The notes below the pieces were generated by a model. The model was not told the DNA's origin and did not search any database. It was given only the letters and a program-made list of their open reading frames with translations. From an uncultured Verrucomicrobiae bacterium (GTDB lineage: Bacteria; Verrucomicrobiota; Verrucomicrobiia; Chthoniobacterales; JAFAMB01): a DNA stretch of 64,000 bases. Shown here piece after piece: positions 51,558 to 62,257 of the stretch. Every line of letters begins with the position of its first letter. Positions within the stretch are counted from its first letter, which is position 1. A program made the position numbers and the translations under genes. The stretch spans positions 128,001 through 192,000 of the forward strand of contig CAWEXO010000001.1 of the NCBI GenBank assembly GCA_963813025.1, read 5' to 3'.

Positions 51558-53761
51558 AAACGGAGCTTCGACGCACCTGCCCAAGCTGTGGCAATGAGTT
51601 TTCCGAAGCGATGGAATTCTGTCCGGTTTGCATACTACGCGGAGCTGCACGGGGAGAATCCGCAGCGGCCCCGGCGGTGAATCCGACAGGTGAGCCAGAA
51701 CAAGGCTCCGAGGAGGGAGAGCCGGCGTCCCCGGTCAACCGGTTTGAGCATTATGAACTGATGTTGGATGAAGAGGGTAGACCGATCGAGCTGGGGCGTG
51801 GCTCGATGGGCGTCACGTACAAGGCGCTTGATGTCGATCTGCGGTGCCCGGTGACATTGAAGGTCATCAACGAAAAATATCTCGGTGACGAGTCAGCGCG
51901 GCTTCGTTTCTTGCGCGAGGCGCGCGCAGCAGCCAGCGTACGTCACCCGAATGTTGCCTCGGTCTTCCATCTGGGAAGAACCCGAAAGAGCTATTTCTAT
52001 GCGATGGAGTTTGTAGAGGGGGAAACGCTCGCGAGTCTCATGAACCGTACCGGCCGGATTGAGGTAAAGCTGGCGCTCGAAATTGCTACTCAGGTTGCAG
52101 CTGGTTTGGCTGCGGTGCACAAGCAGAGACTCGTGCACCGAGATATCAAAGCAAGCAACATCATGGTGAATATGGCGGATGGAGACGCTGTGACCGCAAA
52201 GATCGTCGACCTGGGGCTGGCCAAGACGGTGAACGAACCAGATTCCGAAGCGGCTATTTCTATACCCGGATGGTTTGCGGGGACACCAGAGTTTGCTAGT
52301 CCCGAGCAATTCGCGGGCGTCGGTGTTGATATTCGCTCGGATCTTTACTCGCTGGGTGCGATGCTTTGGGTGGCGGTCACCGGCCACCGTCTGTTCAGGG
52401 GCTCCCCTGCTGAGGTGATGTATCAGCATCAGCATGCACCGTTACCCCTCAAACAACTCAAAGACGTTCCGCAGCCGGTCGTCACTCTACTTGAGGTGCT
52501 TTTAGAGAAAGATCCGGCGCGGCGCTTCCAGAGCCCGACCGAACTCCTGAAGGCGATGCCGACGATAACGGGCGCTATCGACGCGGGGCGTACAATCTCT
52601 CGTGGGAGCTTGCGGCCAGCCGCTACCCGACCGGGCGAGTTCTGCGATACGCTGTCTGGGATCGCGACAGCGAAATTGGAGTCCATGGCCCCTGCTCCCA
52701 AAGCGCCAGAGTTGGACCAATCAACTCCGCCGCGCCTGCAATCGTCACCAGAGGTGCTTTCACAGGCAGCGCCGATGCGAAAAGAACTCCATTCTCGTCC
52801 GTTGCCTACACGGCGGCACAATCTGTTCCTATTCGCGGCGGCGCTAGGCGCCATCATGCTGGTTACCGGCTTGGTTTGGTTTCTCGGACCGAAATTCCGG
52901 AATCCAACGGTGCCGGCTCTTCGCGGAACGATTTCACCAAAGCCGACGGCGGTCTTCGTTTTTCATTCCCCGCCCACGCCCGGTAAACCATGGTCGAACA
53001 GCCTCGGAATGCGCTTCGTGCCGCTGGGTGAAATCCACCTCGCTGTGTGGCAGACCCGGGTCCGAGATTTCGAGGTATTCGTTCACGCAACCGGCTACGA
53101 TGCCGTCGGCGGCATGTCGTCTGCCATTACGCGGAACGGATTTAAGCTCAGCACGATGAGCTGGATGGCGCCGGGTTTCCAGCAAACACCGGAGCAACCC
53201 GTCGTCGGCGTCAGCTGGGAAGACGCGAATCAATTCTGTGCATGGCTGACGAAAAAGGAACGAAGCGAAGGGGCGCTCGCAACCTTTCAAAGCTATCGGC
53301 TACCAACCGATCGCGAATGGAGCCGGGCTGTCGGGCTTGAGCACGAGCAGGGCGCTACGCCAGCAGATCGCAGCGGAAAGATTAAGAGCATCTATCCTTG
53401 GGGTACAGTATTTCCGCCGCCGAACGACGTAGCAAACTATGCGGGCGAGGAATCGCGCGAAGGCGCACCGGATACATGGATGGTCATTGCAGGTTTTCAC
53501 GATGCTTTCCCCCGGACAGCTCCGGTTTCGGCTTTCAAGGCAAACGCGAAAGGTCTCTACTGCTTGGGAGGGAACGTCTGGGAATGGTGTATGGATACGT
53601 TCGAAAACGGAATGGACTGGCGCACACTCCGCGGTGGCTCGTGGGCAACATCGAGTCCCGAAGAGTTACTCTCCTCCCATCGCCGGGGCTACGGACCATT
53701 GTTCCGTTCCGATGACATCGGGTTCCGCTGCGTTATCGCCATAGATGGAGCGCACGAATGA
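51554..53761 (+). CDS. Ser/Thr protein kinase with an N-terminal Zn-ribbon, TM helix and C-terminal FGE-sulfatase (SUMF1) domain
   Basis: CPSC/CPVC; HRDIKASN, DLGLA, GTPEFASPEQ; PVVGVSWEDA, RLPTDREW, GNVWEW, RGGSW, GFRC. Confidence 0.92.
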   Translation: MKTELRRTCPSCGNEFSEAMEFCPVCILRGAARGESAAAPAVNPTGEPEQGSEEGEPASPVNRFEHYELMLDEEGRPIELGRGSMGVTYKALDVDLRCPVTLKVINEKYLGDESARLRFLREARAAASVRHPNVASVFHLGRTRKSYFYAMEFVEGETLASLMNRTGRIEVKLALEIATQVAAGLAAVHKQRLVHRDIKASNIMVNMADGDAVTAKIVDLGLAKTVNEPDSEAAISIPGWFAGTPEFASPEQFAGVGVDIRSDLYSLGAMLWVAVTGHRLFRGSPAEVMYQHQHAPLPLKQLKDVPQPVVTLLEVLLEKDPARRFQSPTELLKAMPTITGAIDAGRTISRGSLRPAATRPGEFCDTLSGIATAKLESMAPAPKAPELDQSTPPRLQSSPEVLSQAAPMRKELHSRPLPTRRHNLFLFAAALGAIMLVTGLVWFLGPKFRNPTVPALRGTISPKPTAVFVFHSPPTPGKPWSNSLGMRFVPLGEIHLAVWQTRVRDFEVFVHATGYDAVGGMSSAITRNGFKLSTMSWMAPGFQQTPEQPVVGVSWEDANQFCAWLTKKERSEGALATFQSYRLPTDREWSRAVGLEHEQGATPADRSGKIKSIYPWGTVFPPPNDVANYAGEESREGAPDTWMVIAGFHDAFPRTAPVSAFKANAKGLYCLGGNVWEWCMDTFENGMDWRTLRGGSWATSSPEELLSSHRRGYGPLFRSDDIGFRCVIAIDGAHE

Positions 53762-54681
53762 AATTGCTTAAATTCAATCTTATTTTCATTCCTTTACTCG
53801 CGCTTTGCTTGGGCGTGGTCGGCTACATTGCGAGAAACTTATTGCTTGAGGACACGCGCGAACACGTCATCCAGAACGCGCGGATAATCATGGAGACGAT
53901 GCTGTCGAGCCGCACCTATACGACGAAACAGGTTGCCCCTCTGCTTCAACAAAAGAATTTCAAGCTGCAAACCGCAATTTCGGAATTTCGAAAGACGATC
54001 GAGGAGATGCCGAAGGTTTTAGATCCGGCAGCTCCGAAAGACATTCGGGGTAACGCAAAGAAAAGCTATATTCTCGGTCAGCAGCGCGCCCTGGACGTTC
54101 AGCAGCAGTTTCTGGAGTCGGTAAAAGGCAGACCGGAAGAGCTCCTCGACACCGAGTTCCATCCTCAGTCGGTTCCCGCGTTCGCCGCGACGGAGATCTT
54201 CTCTTATCTGCGTGAAAAATTTCCTGACTATTTCTATAAGGAAGCTACTCTGAATCCGAGCAACCCGCGAAACCGCGCCACGGATTGGGAAAGCGACGTG
54301 ATCAACCAATTCCGCACCCACTTGGAACAGACCGAATTCATCAATACGCGCGAATCTGCCACCGGGACAGCGCTTGTCCTGGCGCGACCGATCAAAGTAA
54401 ACAATGTCAGCTGTCTGGAGTGCCACAGCACACCAGATAAGGCGCCGGCAGAGATGATCAAGCTTTATGGCACAGCCAACGGCTTTGGTTGGAAGCTGGA
54501 CGACATTATCGGTGCCCAAATCGTTTCTGTGCCGGTCTCGGTAGCCGTGCGCATTGCCGAAGACGCGTTCCGCGTGATCGTCATGTGGCTTGCTGGTGCG
54601 TTCGGCGGTATCATTCTTGTCGCTAACATCGCTGTCGCGATCGTGGCGCGTCCGCCGCCGAAAGCTCAGAACGGGAGTTAG
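53758..54681 (+). CDS. DUF3365 (Tll0287-like) membrane-anchored c-type heme protein
   Basis: Two TM segments; YKEATLNPSNPRNRA, CLECH, YGTANGFGWK. Confidence 0.88.
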   Translation: MKLLKFNLIFIPLLALCLGVVGYIARNLLLEDTREHVIQNARIIMETMLSSRTYTTKQVAPLLQQKNFKLQTAISEFRKTIEEMPKVLDPAAPKDIRGNAKKSYILGQQRALDVQQQFLESVKGRPEELLDTEFHPQSVPAFAATEIFSYLREKFPDYFYKEATLNPSNPRNRATDWESDVINQFRTHLEQTEFINTRESATGTALVLARPIKVNNVSCLECHSTPDKAPAEMIKLYGTANGFGWKLDDIIGAQIVSVPVSVAVRIAEDAFRVIVMWLAGAFGGIILVANIAVAIVARPPPKAQNGS

Positions 54682-54794
54682 TCGAACCACCATGAGCCGC
54701 CGCTGCGGCACCGGGGAATGGTTTCAGGCTCGCATCTAAAGATTCAGGCAACATTTTGAGACGCAGAGGATAGGAACGGCTATGATGACTAGAC

Positions 54795-54992
54795 ATAGCG
54801 CGTTTGCTCCGAGTTCTTGTGTCGGGTCTATGGTATCATGTGATCAATCGCGGTATCGAACGGCGTATCATCTACCCGGGCGAGCCTTGTTTTTCAGATT
54901 GAAGAGCTCTTGGAGCGGATGGTGCAGCAGTTTTGGGGTCCGGTCCACAGTTACGTTCTGATTGCGCAACCACTATCATCTGCACGTGGAAA
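54795..54992 (+). pseudogene. RAYT/IS200-like Y1 HUH transposase N-terminal remnant (absent from the ORF track)
   Basis: Hand translation: (ATA)ARLLRVLVSGLWYHVINRGIERRIIY ... VHSYVL/MRNHYHLHVE, with a stop and frameshifts. Confidence 0.75.
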
Positions 54993-55542
54993 GGCAGCGC
55001 GACAACCTTACTCAAACGAGTTCGGGAAGGTGATCGTAAAGAGCAAAAAGCGGTGGGCGAACTGGAGAAGCTAGCCTTGGCTTGGCCGCAGATTACCCAA
55101 ACGGTGGCCAGAGTTCGGCAGGAACCCTGGGAAATGATCAGTCAGCGGAAGGGCGATCCTGCCCGGGAGATTGTCTTCAACCCGCAGGAACCACGTGGGA
55201 GAGCCGACAGAGCAGGATTCCCTGCGGCTTTCAGCCCTCCCTCATCGCTCTCGATGGACCGCTGCTTCCGCGAGGTACTGACAAGCTGATTCGTCGCCCT
55301 TGTGAATCCATTTTCGTTTAGGCGCCTTTTCATGGCGAACCCACCGGCGGATGGTTCTGGCTGCCGCCTTGGTCCCTGTGGCAACCGTGGGCGAGACAGG
55401 GATTTGATCGTACTGCCAGAGCGATGACCTTAAAAGGTCGGCCTGTTGATAAAGCTCTCGGCGGCTAAGCGGCTGCGGCCGCTGGCGGATCGAACGATGT
55501 GACAGTGCCAGTGATCGTTGATATACAACTTGGGGGGGAACC

Positions 55543-55779
55543 ATGTCGCCAATGACATTTGCAGCATCCATGCCGGAGCCACTGACGCCGCAAGAGACAA
55601 TGGGGCGAAACGACCTTTGCTGGTGCCGGTCTGGTCGAAAGGGGAAAATTAAGCAGATCTCTATACGCGACAGCATGCCAGCAATTCTTAGCAGTCCTGT
55701 CATTGCCAAAGCGAATACGAAGTTGCTGCATTTTACTGACCGTGACCAACTTATCCCCAAGGTGGTTGCCGAGCCTTGA
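55543..55779 (+). pseudogene. SEC-C motif-containing fragment
   Basis: MGRNDLCWCRSGRK; the motif is cut before its final CH. Confidence 0.4.
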
Positions 55780-55831
55780 CAGCCGCGCATGCAGGTTGCA
55801 GTACCAAATAGGAAAGCAGGAGTGGCGCTAA

Positions 55832-56347
55832 TCAACCCGCTTTCTGCAGAAATAAATAGATGGCGCGGTATTTAACCCTCGCAGTTTCGCGCTCGGTCTT
55901 CGGTAGTTCATTGGGAGGAACTCCGCCCTCAGTCGAGATCCGGACCACATAGTCGACTTTGTCTAAAAGTCCAGAGCCAGATCTTGACTTAACGGCCACT
56001 AGCAACCATGCGATGTTTTTTGCGCCGTGCGAAGTCCACGTTTTCAGCGGCGGCAGGGCACCCACGACCTCGCTTCCATCGTTGGCAGACCAACCCGGCC
56101 CAGCAAAATGCTTCCCGACAAGCTGGCCAGACAAATCCTTTAGCTCAGCCTCTGGCATCTTGAGCGTCCATTGATAACCACCCGCCGGGTTCGCCTTAAC
56201 TTCGTAGATTTGAACCCCTTCTCCAACAACCGCCCATACGAGACGACTATTTTCCGGTAAGGAAATCCCTTGCGGTTCCTGCGCTAGTGATGAACCGCAC
56301 AGGGCAAAGCAGGTGAATCCGAGCAGTAAGACCCAGAGTTTGTTCAT
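55832..56347 (-). CDS. DUF3455 domain secreted protein
   Basis: Signal peptide; GEGVQIY, PEAEL, GKHFAGP.W, IAWLL, R..TEGGVPP, Y.A.Y.F. Confidence 0.85.
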   Translation of the reverse strand: MNKLWVLLLGFTCFALCGSSLAQEPQGISLPENSRLVWAVVGEGVQIYEVKANPAGGYQWTLKMPEAELKDLSGQLVGKHFAGPGWSANDGSEVVGALPPLKTWTSHGAKNIAWLLVAVKSRSGSGLLDKVDYVVRISTEGGVPPNELPKTERETARVKYRAIYLFLQKAG

Positions 56348-56429
56348 TTTCATTTTCCGTCTGAAGCTTGCATAGCCAATTAGATTGAACAGCAAATCCA
56401 GGGTGGCTCAACAATTGCTAGGCCCACCT

Positions 56430-56493
56430 GTCGGACTGTACTTAAATTGTAGATTACCTGGGAGCATAGTCCACGATTTAAGTACAGTCCGAC
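56430..56493. repeat. Short palindrome with TGTCGGACT termini
   Basis: TGTCGGACTGTACTTAAAT ... ATTTAAGTACAGTCCGACA (19-bp perfect inverted repeat). Confidence 0.85.
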
Positions 56494-56739
56494 ACCCCGC
56501 GTGAGGTTCAACCCGCTATCCTTGAACGTGATCCTGGCTCTCAACATTGCCGTGATGTCCTCAAGAGCCCGGGAATTGATGGGTTGAAGCCCGAATTCTT
56601 GGTGCTTTTTTGATAGGGCCTTTCCTCGCAGACCAAAAGTATTTAGCCGACTTATGGCTTTGGAAATAAGTGCCTTGCTAAACTCAAACGTCGCTTTTCG
56701 TACCTTTAATGGAGGTTTAACCGTTAATAGAGTCTGCGC

Positions 56740-58197
56740 ATGATCGCAACGCTCCACCACTCGCTGCTTGCTGTCGCATTCATTACTCTACTCGAACTGA
56801 TGGTCATGGTGCGGATCCTGCTTCGACCCCATCGCGACCCTGCTTCCCGAATTGCATGGGTAGTGGTCGTTGCCGCGCTGCCTCTAATCGGCATGTTCGC
56901 CTATCTGCTTCTAGGCGAGGTGAACATCGGCCGCGACCGTGTGAACCGGTTGCGCGCAGTCCTCAAGCGCATGCAGCAGATTCCGTGTTACGCAGCCGAT
57001 GATGAGGCGGACTTCGCAGCCGCCGTCCCCGAGCGTTACCGTCATCTTTTTTTGCTCGGCCACTCTGTTAGTGGGTTCCATCCAGTGGGTGGCAACACCG
57101 CGCGTCTTCTGCCGAACTCCAACGCCACGATCGATGCGATGGTGGCAGACATCGATTCCGCAACGGATCACGTCCATGTGCTTTTCTACATCTGGCTACC
57201 TGACCACAACGGCACCAAGGTCGTCGAGGCCTTGAAGCGCGCGGCTCGCCGCGGCGTGACTTGCCGGGTCATGGCCGATGATCTCGGCTCGCGCGGGATC
57301 ATCCGCTCCGAGCATTGGCAAGCGATGCGTGCAGCCGGCGTGCGCGTGGCTGCTGGCCTGCCCATAGGCAACCCCTTGCTGTGGCTGTTCGAAGGCCGCA
57401 TCGACCTTCGGAACCATCGCAAGATCGTGATCATCGACGATCGCATTACCTACTGTGGCAGCCAAAACTGTGCCGATGCCGAGTTCCGAGTGAAGGCGAA
57501 GTACGCACCCTGGGTGGACGCTGTAATGCGCTTCGAGGGTCCCATAGCGCGCCAGAACCAGTTCCTGTTCGCGAGTGACTGGATGACGTACGTTGATGAG
57601 AATCTAGACCAACTATTGAGCAAACCGTTGCCTTTACCGATGCCGGGAGGGCTACCTGCGCAGGTGATCGGAACGGGCCCGACGGTGCGCTACTCGGCCA
57701 TGCCTGAAATGTTTGAATCCCTGATGTTCGCAGCGCGGCGCGAGATCGTCGCCACTACTCCCTACTACGTGCCCGACGAGTCCCTGCACAACGCGCTGTG
57801 CACGACCGCTTACCGAGGCGTGGACACGACGATCGTCTTTCCTGCCAGAAACGACTCGTGGTTTGTCGGAGCGGCCAGTCGCAGCTACTACGCGGATCTG
57901 CTCAACGCGGGGGTCAAGATCTACGAGTTCAAGGACGGCTTGTTGCACACGAAATCGCTGACGCTGGATGGTGAGGTCACCTTGATCGGCTCGGCGAACA
58001 TGGACCGCCGCAGTTTCGAGCTCAACTACGAGAACAACATCCTCTTCCACGATTCCGCGCTTACCGGTGCTGTGCGCGGGCGCCAGCAGGAATACATTGC
58101 GCGGTCGAATCGGATTACTAAGGAGGCCGTGGCGGCGTGGCCGATTTCACGCCAGCTGTGGAACAACCTCGTTGCCACGCTCGGGCCTGTGCTCTGA
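56740..58197 (+). CDS. cls: Cardiolipin synthase
   Basis: PLDc_N TM region; two HKD motifs, NHRKIVIID and LHTKSLTLD; GSANMDRRS. Confidence 0.95.
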   Translation: MIATLHHSLLAVAFITLLELMVMVRILLRPHRDPASRIAWVVVVAALPLIGMFAYLLLGEVNIGRDRVNRLRAVLKRMQQIPCYAADDEADFAAAVPERYRHLFLLGHSVSGFHPVGGNTARLLPNSNATIDAMVADIDSATDHVHVLFYIWLPDHNGTKVVEALKRAARRGVTCRVMADDLGSRGIIRSEHWQAMRAAGVRVAAGLPIGNPLLWLFEGRIDLRNHRKIVIIDDRITYCGSQNCADAEFRVKAKYAPWVDAVMRFEGPIARQNQFLFASDWMTYVDENLDQLLSKPLPLPMPGGLPAQVIGTGPTVRYSAMPEMFESLMFAARREIVATTPYYVPDESLHNALCTTAYRGVDTTIVFPARNDSWFVGAASRSYYADLLNAGVKIYEFKDGLLHTKSLTLDGEVTLIGSANMDRRSFELNYENNILFHDSALTGAVRGRQQEYIARSNRITKEAVAAWPISRQLWNNLVATLGPVL

Positions 58198-58894
58198 GCG
58201 CCTACATAAAGAGCCGCGCCAATGTCGTCTGAAAATTTGTCGAGCGCATCAGATTGGATGACGTCCAGGTAGCAGACCAGGGTTGAAGTTGAACGTTCCG
58301 CTTTCTATTTTTGCTTGGCTTCCCGTTATAGGCTCACAAAAATTGGCGCATTTGCGTGGCTAAATCCCATTAAATCAATCAAACCCGACGCAAACTTGTG
58401 AATATCGAGCAGGCGTGTTAACAGCTGGCCGAACGAACGTTCGATTTAGATTGTCGGAAGATCCGCTTCGAGAGGGAAGGGGGAAATCCCCTGTCGTTTG
58501 GCGGACCCGGAAGCATATGGCGGAGCGAGGACGGATCGCTACAATTCAAGGCGCATTTGAATGAATCAGACTTTCTGGCCGGGAGGCAGGATAAGCTTCC
58601 TTTGTCTTGACCGAATCCCGCAATTCTCATATTGCACTCTCAGGCGCTTTACTTGGTAGCATCGGAGTAAATTCCATGGTGCGACCGGGTGCGAACCGGG
58701 TGGTTCGTAAGGGATGGTTAGGCGCATCCTATCCCCCAGCACAGTATGCCCCTCTACAAATTTTTTGCCTTCTCCCTTAACGAGTTCCGGGCCCAATACC
58801 GGCGAATGATCTTAGTGTCACTGTCGGGTATTTTTTTCAAACTGCGTGAGTTTTATTTTTTGGGATTAACGGTTAACACATCGGAGGCACGATC

Positions 58895-60273
58895 ATGAGC
58901 GATGACCCCCCCGCCTCGCCGTCGGTCGCCGATCCGGCGCTGCCACAATTCCGCAGTCATGGGAGGAGATTCACGATCGGCCGCACCGCAACCAATGTGG
59001 GCGTCGCGCAGACAGCCGCCGTATCGCTCGTGGTCGGTATGATGACCTTAGTTATGCCACTCGCCGCTTGGGCGGCCGGCCCGGCAACCTATGGCGTCGA
59101 TGACGGCACGCACATCACGCTGTGGTCACGAGCCGCCACACAAGCCCGAGCAGATGCGCTGGTCAAAGCTTACAACGCGACGCACAAGAACCACATCGAC
59201 GCCACATACGTCCCCACCGACGACTACCAGACCAAGGTCGGCGCCGCGGCGGCCGCTGGAGGGCTGCCGGACCTGTTCTCGGCCGACGTCGTGTTCATGC
59301 CGAACTGGACCTCGGCGGGGCTGTTCACTGACATGACGGACAAGATCGCAACGCTGCCATTTGCTGCAAACATCGCCCAAGGCGCGATCAATGTGTCGAC
59401 CTGGAAGGGCAAGAAATACGGTCTACCATTCGTCATCGATCTTTCCGTCTGGATGTACAACAAAAAGCTATTCAAGGCAGCCGGCCTCGATCCCAACAAG
59501 CCGCCAGAATACGCTGGCGGAGTTCGCGGCTGACGCCCGTGCAGTCGCAGAAGCTGGGAGGAAATGTCCACGGCACCTTCTTCGGCGGCGACTGCGGTGG
59601 CTGCGAAGTGTTCACCTGGTTCCCGATCGCATGGGCCGATGGCGAAACGGTGATGAACCCTGAAGGGACCGAGTCGCACCTCAACAGCGAAGAAAACAAA
59701 CGCATCTACGCGACCTTCCGCAGCCTTGTTGAGGATGGCACCGCGCTGATGCCCGACACCAAGACCGAGACCGGACCTACATGGACCGGTTATTTCCCAA
59801 AGGGCAATATCGGCATCATGCCGATGCCGGCCAGTCTTCAGGGCATGGCTAACTCCTCGCTTGCGGATGCAGATATCGGGGTGACCCCCATCGCCGGCCT
59901 TAAGGGTGGGCAAGCCACACTAGTCGGCGGCGACGCCATCGGGATTTCCAGAGATAGCAAAAAGGCCAACGCGGCCTGGAACTTCCTGGCCTGGATGGTC
60001 AGTGACGAGGCGCAGATCGAGGTTGTGGCCAAGGACGGCAACGTCCTCGCGCGTCCGGACCTCGCCAACAACAAGTACAGCGCGGCTGACCCGCGCCTTG
60101 TGACCTTCAACACGATCGCGGCAAAGGGTCAGACGCCCTTCGCGAAGGCCTTTGGGGCGACGTTTAACGATCCTCAGGGACCATGGCTCGTGCTGCTCCG
60201 TGATGCGGTGTTCGGCGACGCGAGCAAAATCGACGCGGACAACGCAGCCATAAACGCCTCTCTGAACCCGTAG
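58895..60273 (+). CDS. Sugar ABC transporter substrate-binding protein, two +1 frameshifts near 59507 and 59547
   Basis: LPDLFSAD, YGLPF, YNKKLFKAAGLDP; the frames join as KPP-TLAEFAADARAV-QKLGG. Confidence 0.85.
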
Positions 60274-60350
60274 CTGATCGGCGGCGTGGTGCGGTTCCAT
60301 CCTCGCGACCCTCACCACGTTGACGACCCTCGAAAGACAAGGCGCCTTCA

Positions 60351-61298
60351 GTGGCCATGACTCCGGCGACACCTGACCACCGAGCGGCGCCAGCCGCTTG
60401 GTGGCGGCTTACCCGGTGGCGATACCGTCGGCTGATGGGCGTCGCCTATGCGGCGCCGACCGTCGTTTTCGTGGCCGTCTTTTTCATAACGCCCCTGCTG
60501 CTCGTCGCCCGGATGTCCCTGAGCAGCTGGCCCCTTTTGACGGGAAATGGCGGTCTGAATTTCCCCAAGAACTACCTCTCCATCTGGAAGAACGCTCTGT
60601 TCGGGCCGGCCGTCGTCTTCACAATCGAATATACGCTCATCGTCACGGTCCTGCTTATCGGACTGGGCCTCGGTCTGGCCCTTCTGGTCCAGGAGCGCGG
60701 GCGATGGGTGGACATGCTGCGCACAGTAATCCTGCTGCCCGTATCACTTGGTCTGGCTGCGGCATCGCTGCTGTTCTGGGGTTTCTATTCGCCCTCAATC
60801 GGGCCGATCAATCCAATCCTCGAGCAGCTGGGACTAATCCACGACCCCATCTCATTTCTTGGAACGTCCCTGAGCGCGCTGCTGTCCACGAGCTTCTTGA
60901 TCGTCTGGAAATACTCTGGGCTGTACATGCTTATCTTCCTTGTCGGGCTGCAGGCCATTCCGGACGATCTCTTTGAGGCGGCCGCCCTTGACGGCGCCAG
61001 CCGTATTCAAGTTTTCCGACACATAACGTTGCCGCTGCTCCGGCCGTCGCTTGCACTGGCGCTCATCCTGTGCGTGACCGGTTCTCTCCTCGCGTTTGAC
61101 CAGTTCTACATCTTGACCAAGGGCGCGCCGGACAACAGCACAGTCACGGTCGTCCAACTGATCTACCGCGAGGCGTTCCAGAAACAGAACCTGGGCACTT
61201 CCGCGGCCATCTCGATCATGGTCCTGGTGGCGCTCCTTGTGCTTAACGCGGTCCAGTTCCGCTACCTCCGCAGCTCAGAATCGGGTCTGAAGCGATGA
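60351..61298 (+). CDS. Sugar ABC transporter permease
   Basis: WKYSG, LQAIP, EAAALDGA, FDQFYILTKG. Confidence 0.92.
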   Translation: MAMTPATPDHRAAPAAWWRLTRWRYRRLMGVAYAAPTVVFVAVFFITPLLLVARMSLSSWPLLTGNGGLNFPKNYLSIWKNALFGPAVVFTIEYTLIVTVLLIGLGLGLALLVQERGRWVDMLRTVILLPVSLGLAAASLLFWGFYSPSIGPINPILEQLGLIHDPISFLGTSLSALLSTSFLIVWKYSGLYMLIFLVGLQAIPDDLFEAAALDGASRIQVFRHITLPLLRPSLALALILCVTGSLLAFDQFYILTKGAPDNSTVTVVQLIYREAFQKQNLGTSAAISIMVLVALLVLNAVQFRYLRSSESGLKR

Positions 61299-62125
61299 CC
61301 ACGACGCGCACGGGAACGCTAGGCCGCACCCCGTACTATGTGCTGACGGGGGGGGTGGCGATCATCTTCCTGTTCCCCCTGCTGTGGAGTCTGGCGGCCT
61401 CCGTAAGCCCGCAGGCCTCCACCGGACAGGTGAACGGCTTCGGTCTGGGGAACTACACCACGCTCTTCAACTACGGTGCAGGGCTGGTCCAGTTTCTGAT
61501 CAACAGCACCTACGTAGCGCTCCTTACGGTCGCGATCACTCTGGCGGTGTCGACCCTTGGCGGGTATGCCTTCGCCAGGTTCAGGTTTCCGGGTCGAGAG
61601 GCGTTGTTCCTGTTGACGCTGTCCATCTTGATGGTCCCGTACGCGACGCTGCTCATCCCGCTATATGTGCTCCTCAATCGCCTTGGGCTGCAGAATTCCC
61701 TGATTGGCCTCAGCTTGGTGCTGGCGATGTTCCAGCTCCCGTTTGCCACGTACATGATGCGTATCTCGTTTGAAGCGGTGCCGCGCGAGCTGGAGGAATC
61801 CGCACTGGTGGACGGCTGCGGCACGTTCAGCGTCCTGTGGCGAATCCTCCTTCCCTCGGTGCGCCCCGGGCTCATCACAGTGGGCCTGTTCGCCTTCCTG
61901 GCGGCATGGAGCGACTTCTTAGCTCCCCTCATCCTGCTAACCGACAGCGCAAAGCAGACCCTGCCGCTCGCGGTGGCCAACCTGCGGCAGCAGACGATGG
62001 GCGCCATCGACTACGGTGCCACGGAGGCTGGGGTCGTGGTGATGGCCGTCCCTTGCCTGATCCTGTTCCTGCTGCTGCAACGGTACTACGTGCGTGGTTT
62101 CATGTCCGGAGCCGTCAAGGGTTAA
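61295..62125 (+). CDS. Carbohydrate ABC transporter permease
   Basis: LEESALVDG, FLAAWSDF, GAVKG. Confidence 0.92.
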   Translation: MTTTRTGTLGRTPYYVLTGGVAIIFLFPLLWSLAASVSPQASTGQVNGFGLGNYTTLFNYGAGLVQFLINSTYVALLTVAITLAVSTLGGYAFARFRFPGREALFLLTLSILMVPYATLLIPLYVLLNRLGLQNSLIGLSLVLAMFQLPFATYMMRISFEAVPRELEESALVDGCGTFSVLWRILLPSVRPGLITVGLFAFLAAWSDFLAPLILLTDSAKQTLPLAVANLRQQTMGAIDYGATEAGVVVMAVPCLILFLLLQRYYVRGFMSGAVKG

Positions 62126-62257
62126 CCCCGGCGCGGGGCTGCGGCGAGCGAAAATCCGGGCCAGGATTGCCTGATTGGCCCGATTGCTGCGAGAATTTCA
62201 AGAGCGCAGTGGATCTGGCATGCGCCCGACACAGACTACAGCGAAGCTAGAATCTTC

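Noticed and set aside
58200..58890. Possible ncRNA or gene remnant upstream of the third SBP
   Set aside because: No recognisable riboswitch, tRNA or protein motif by eye; an Rfam/BLASTX search would be needed
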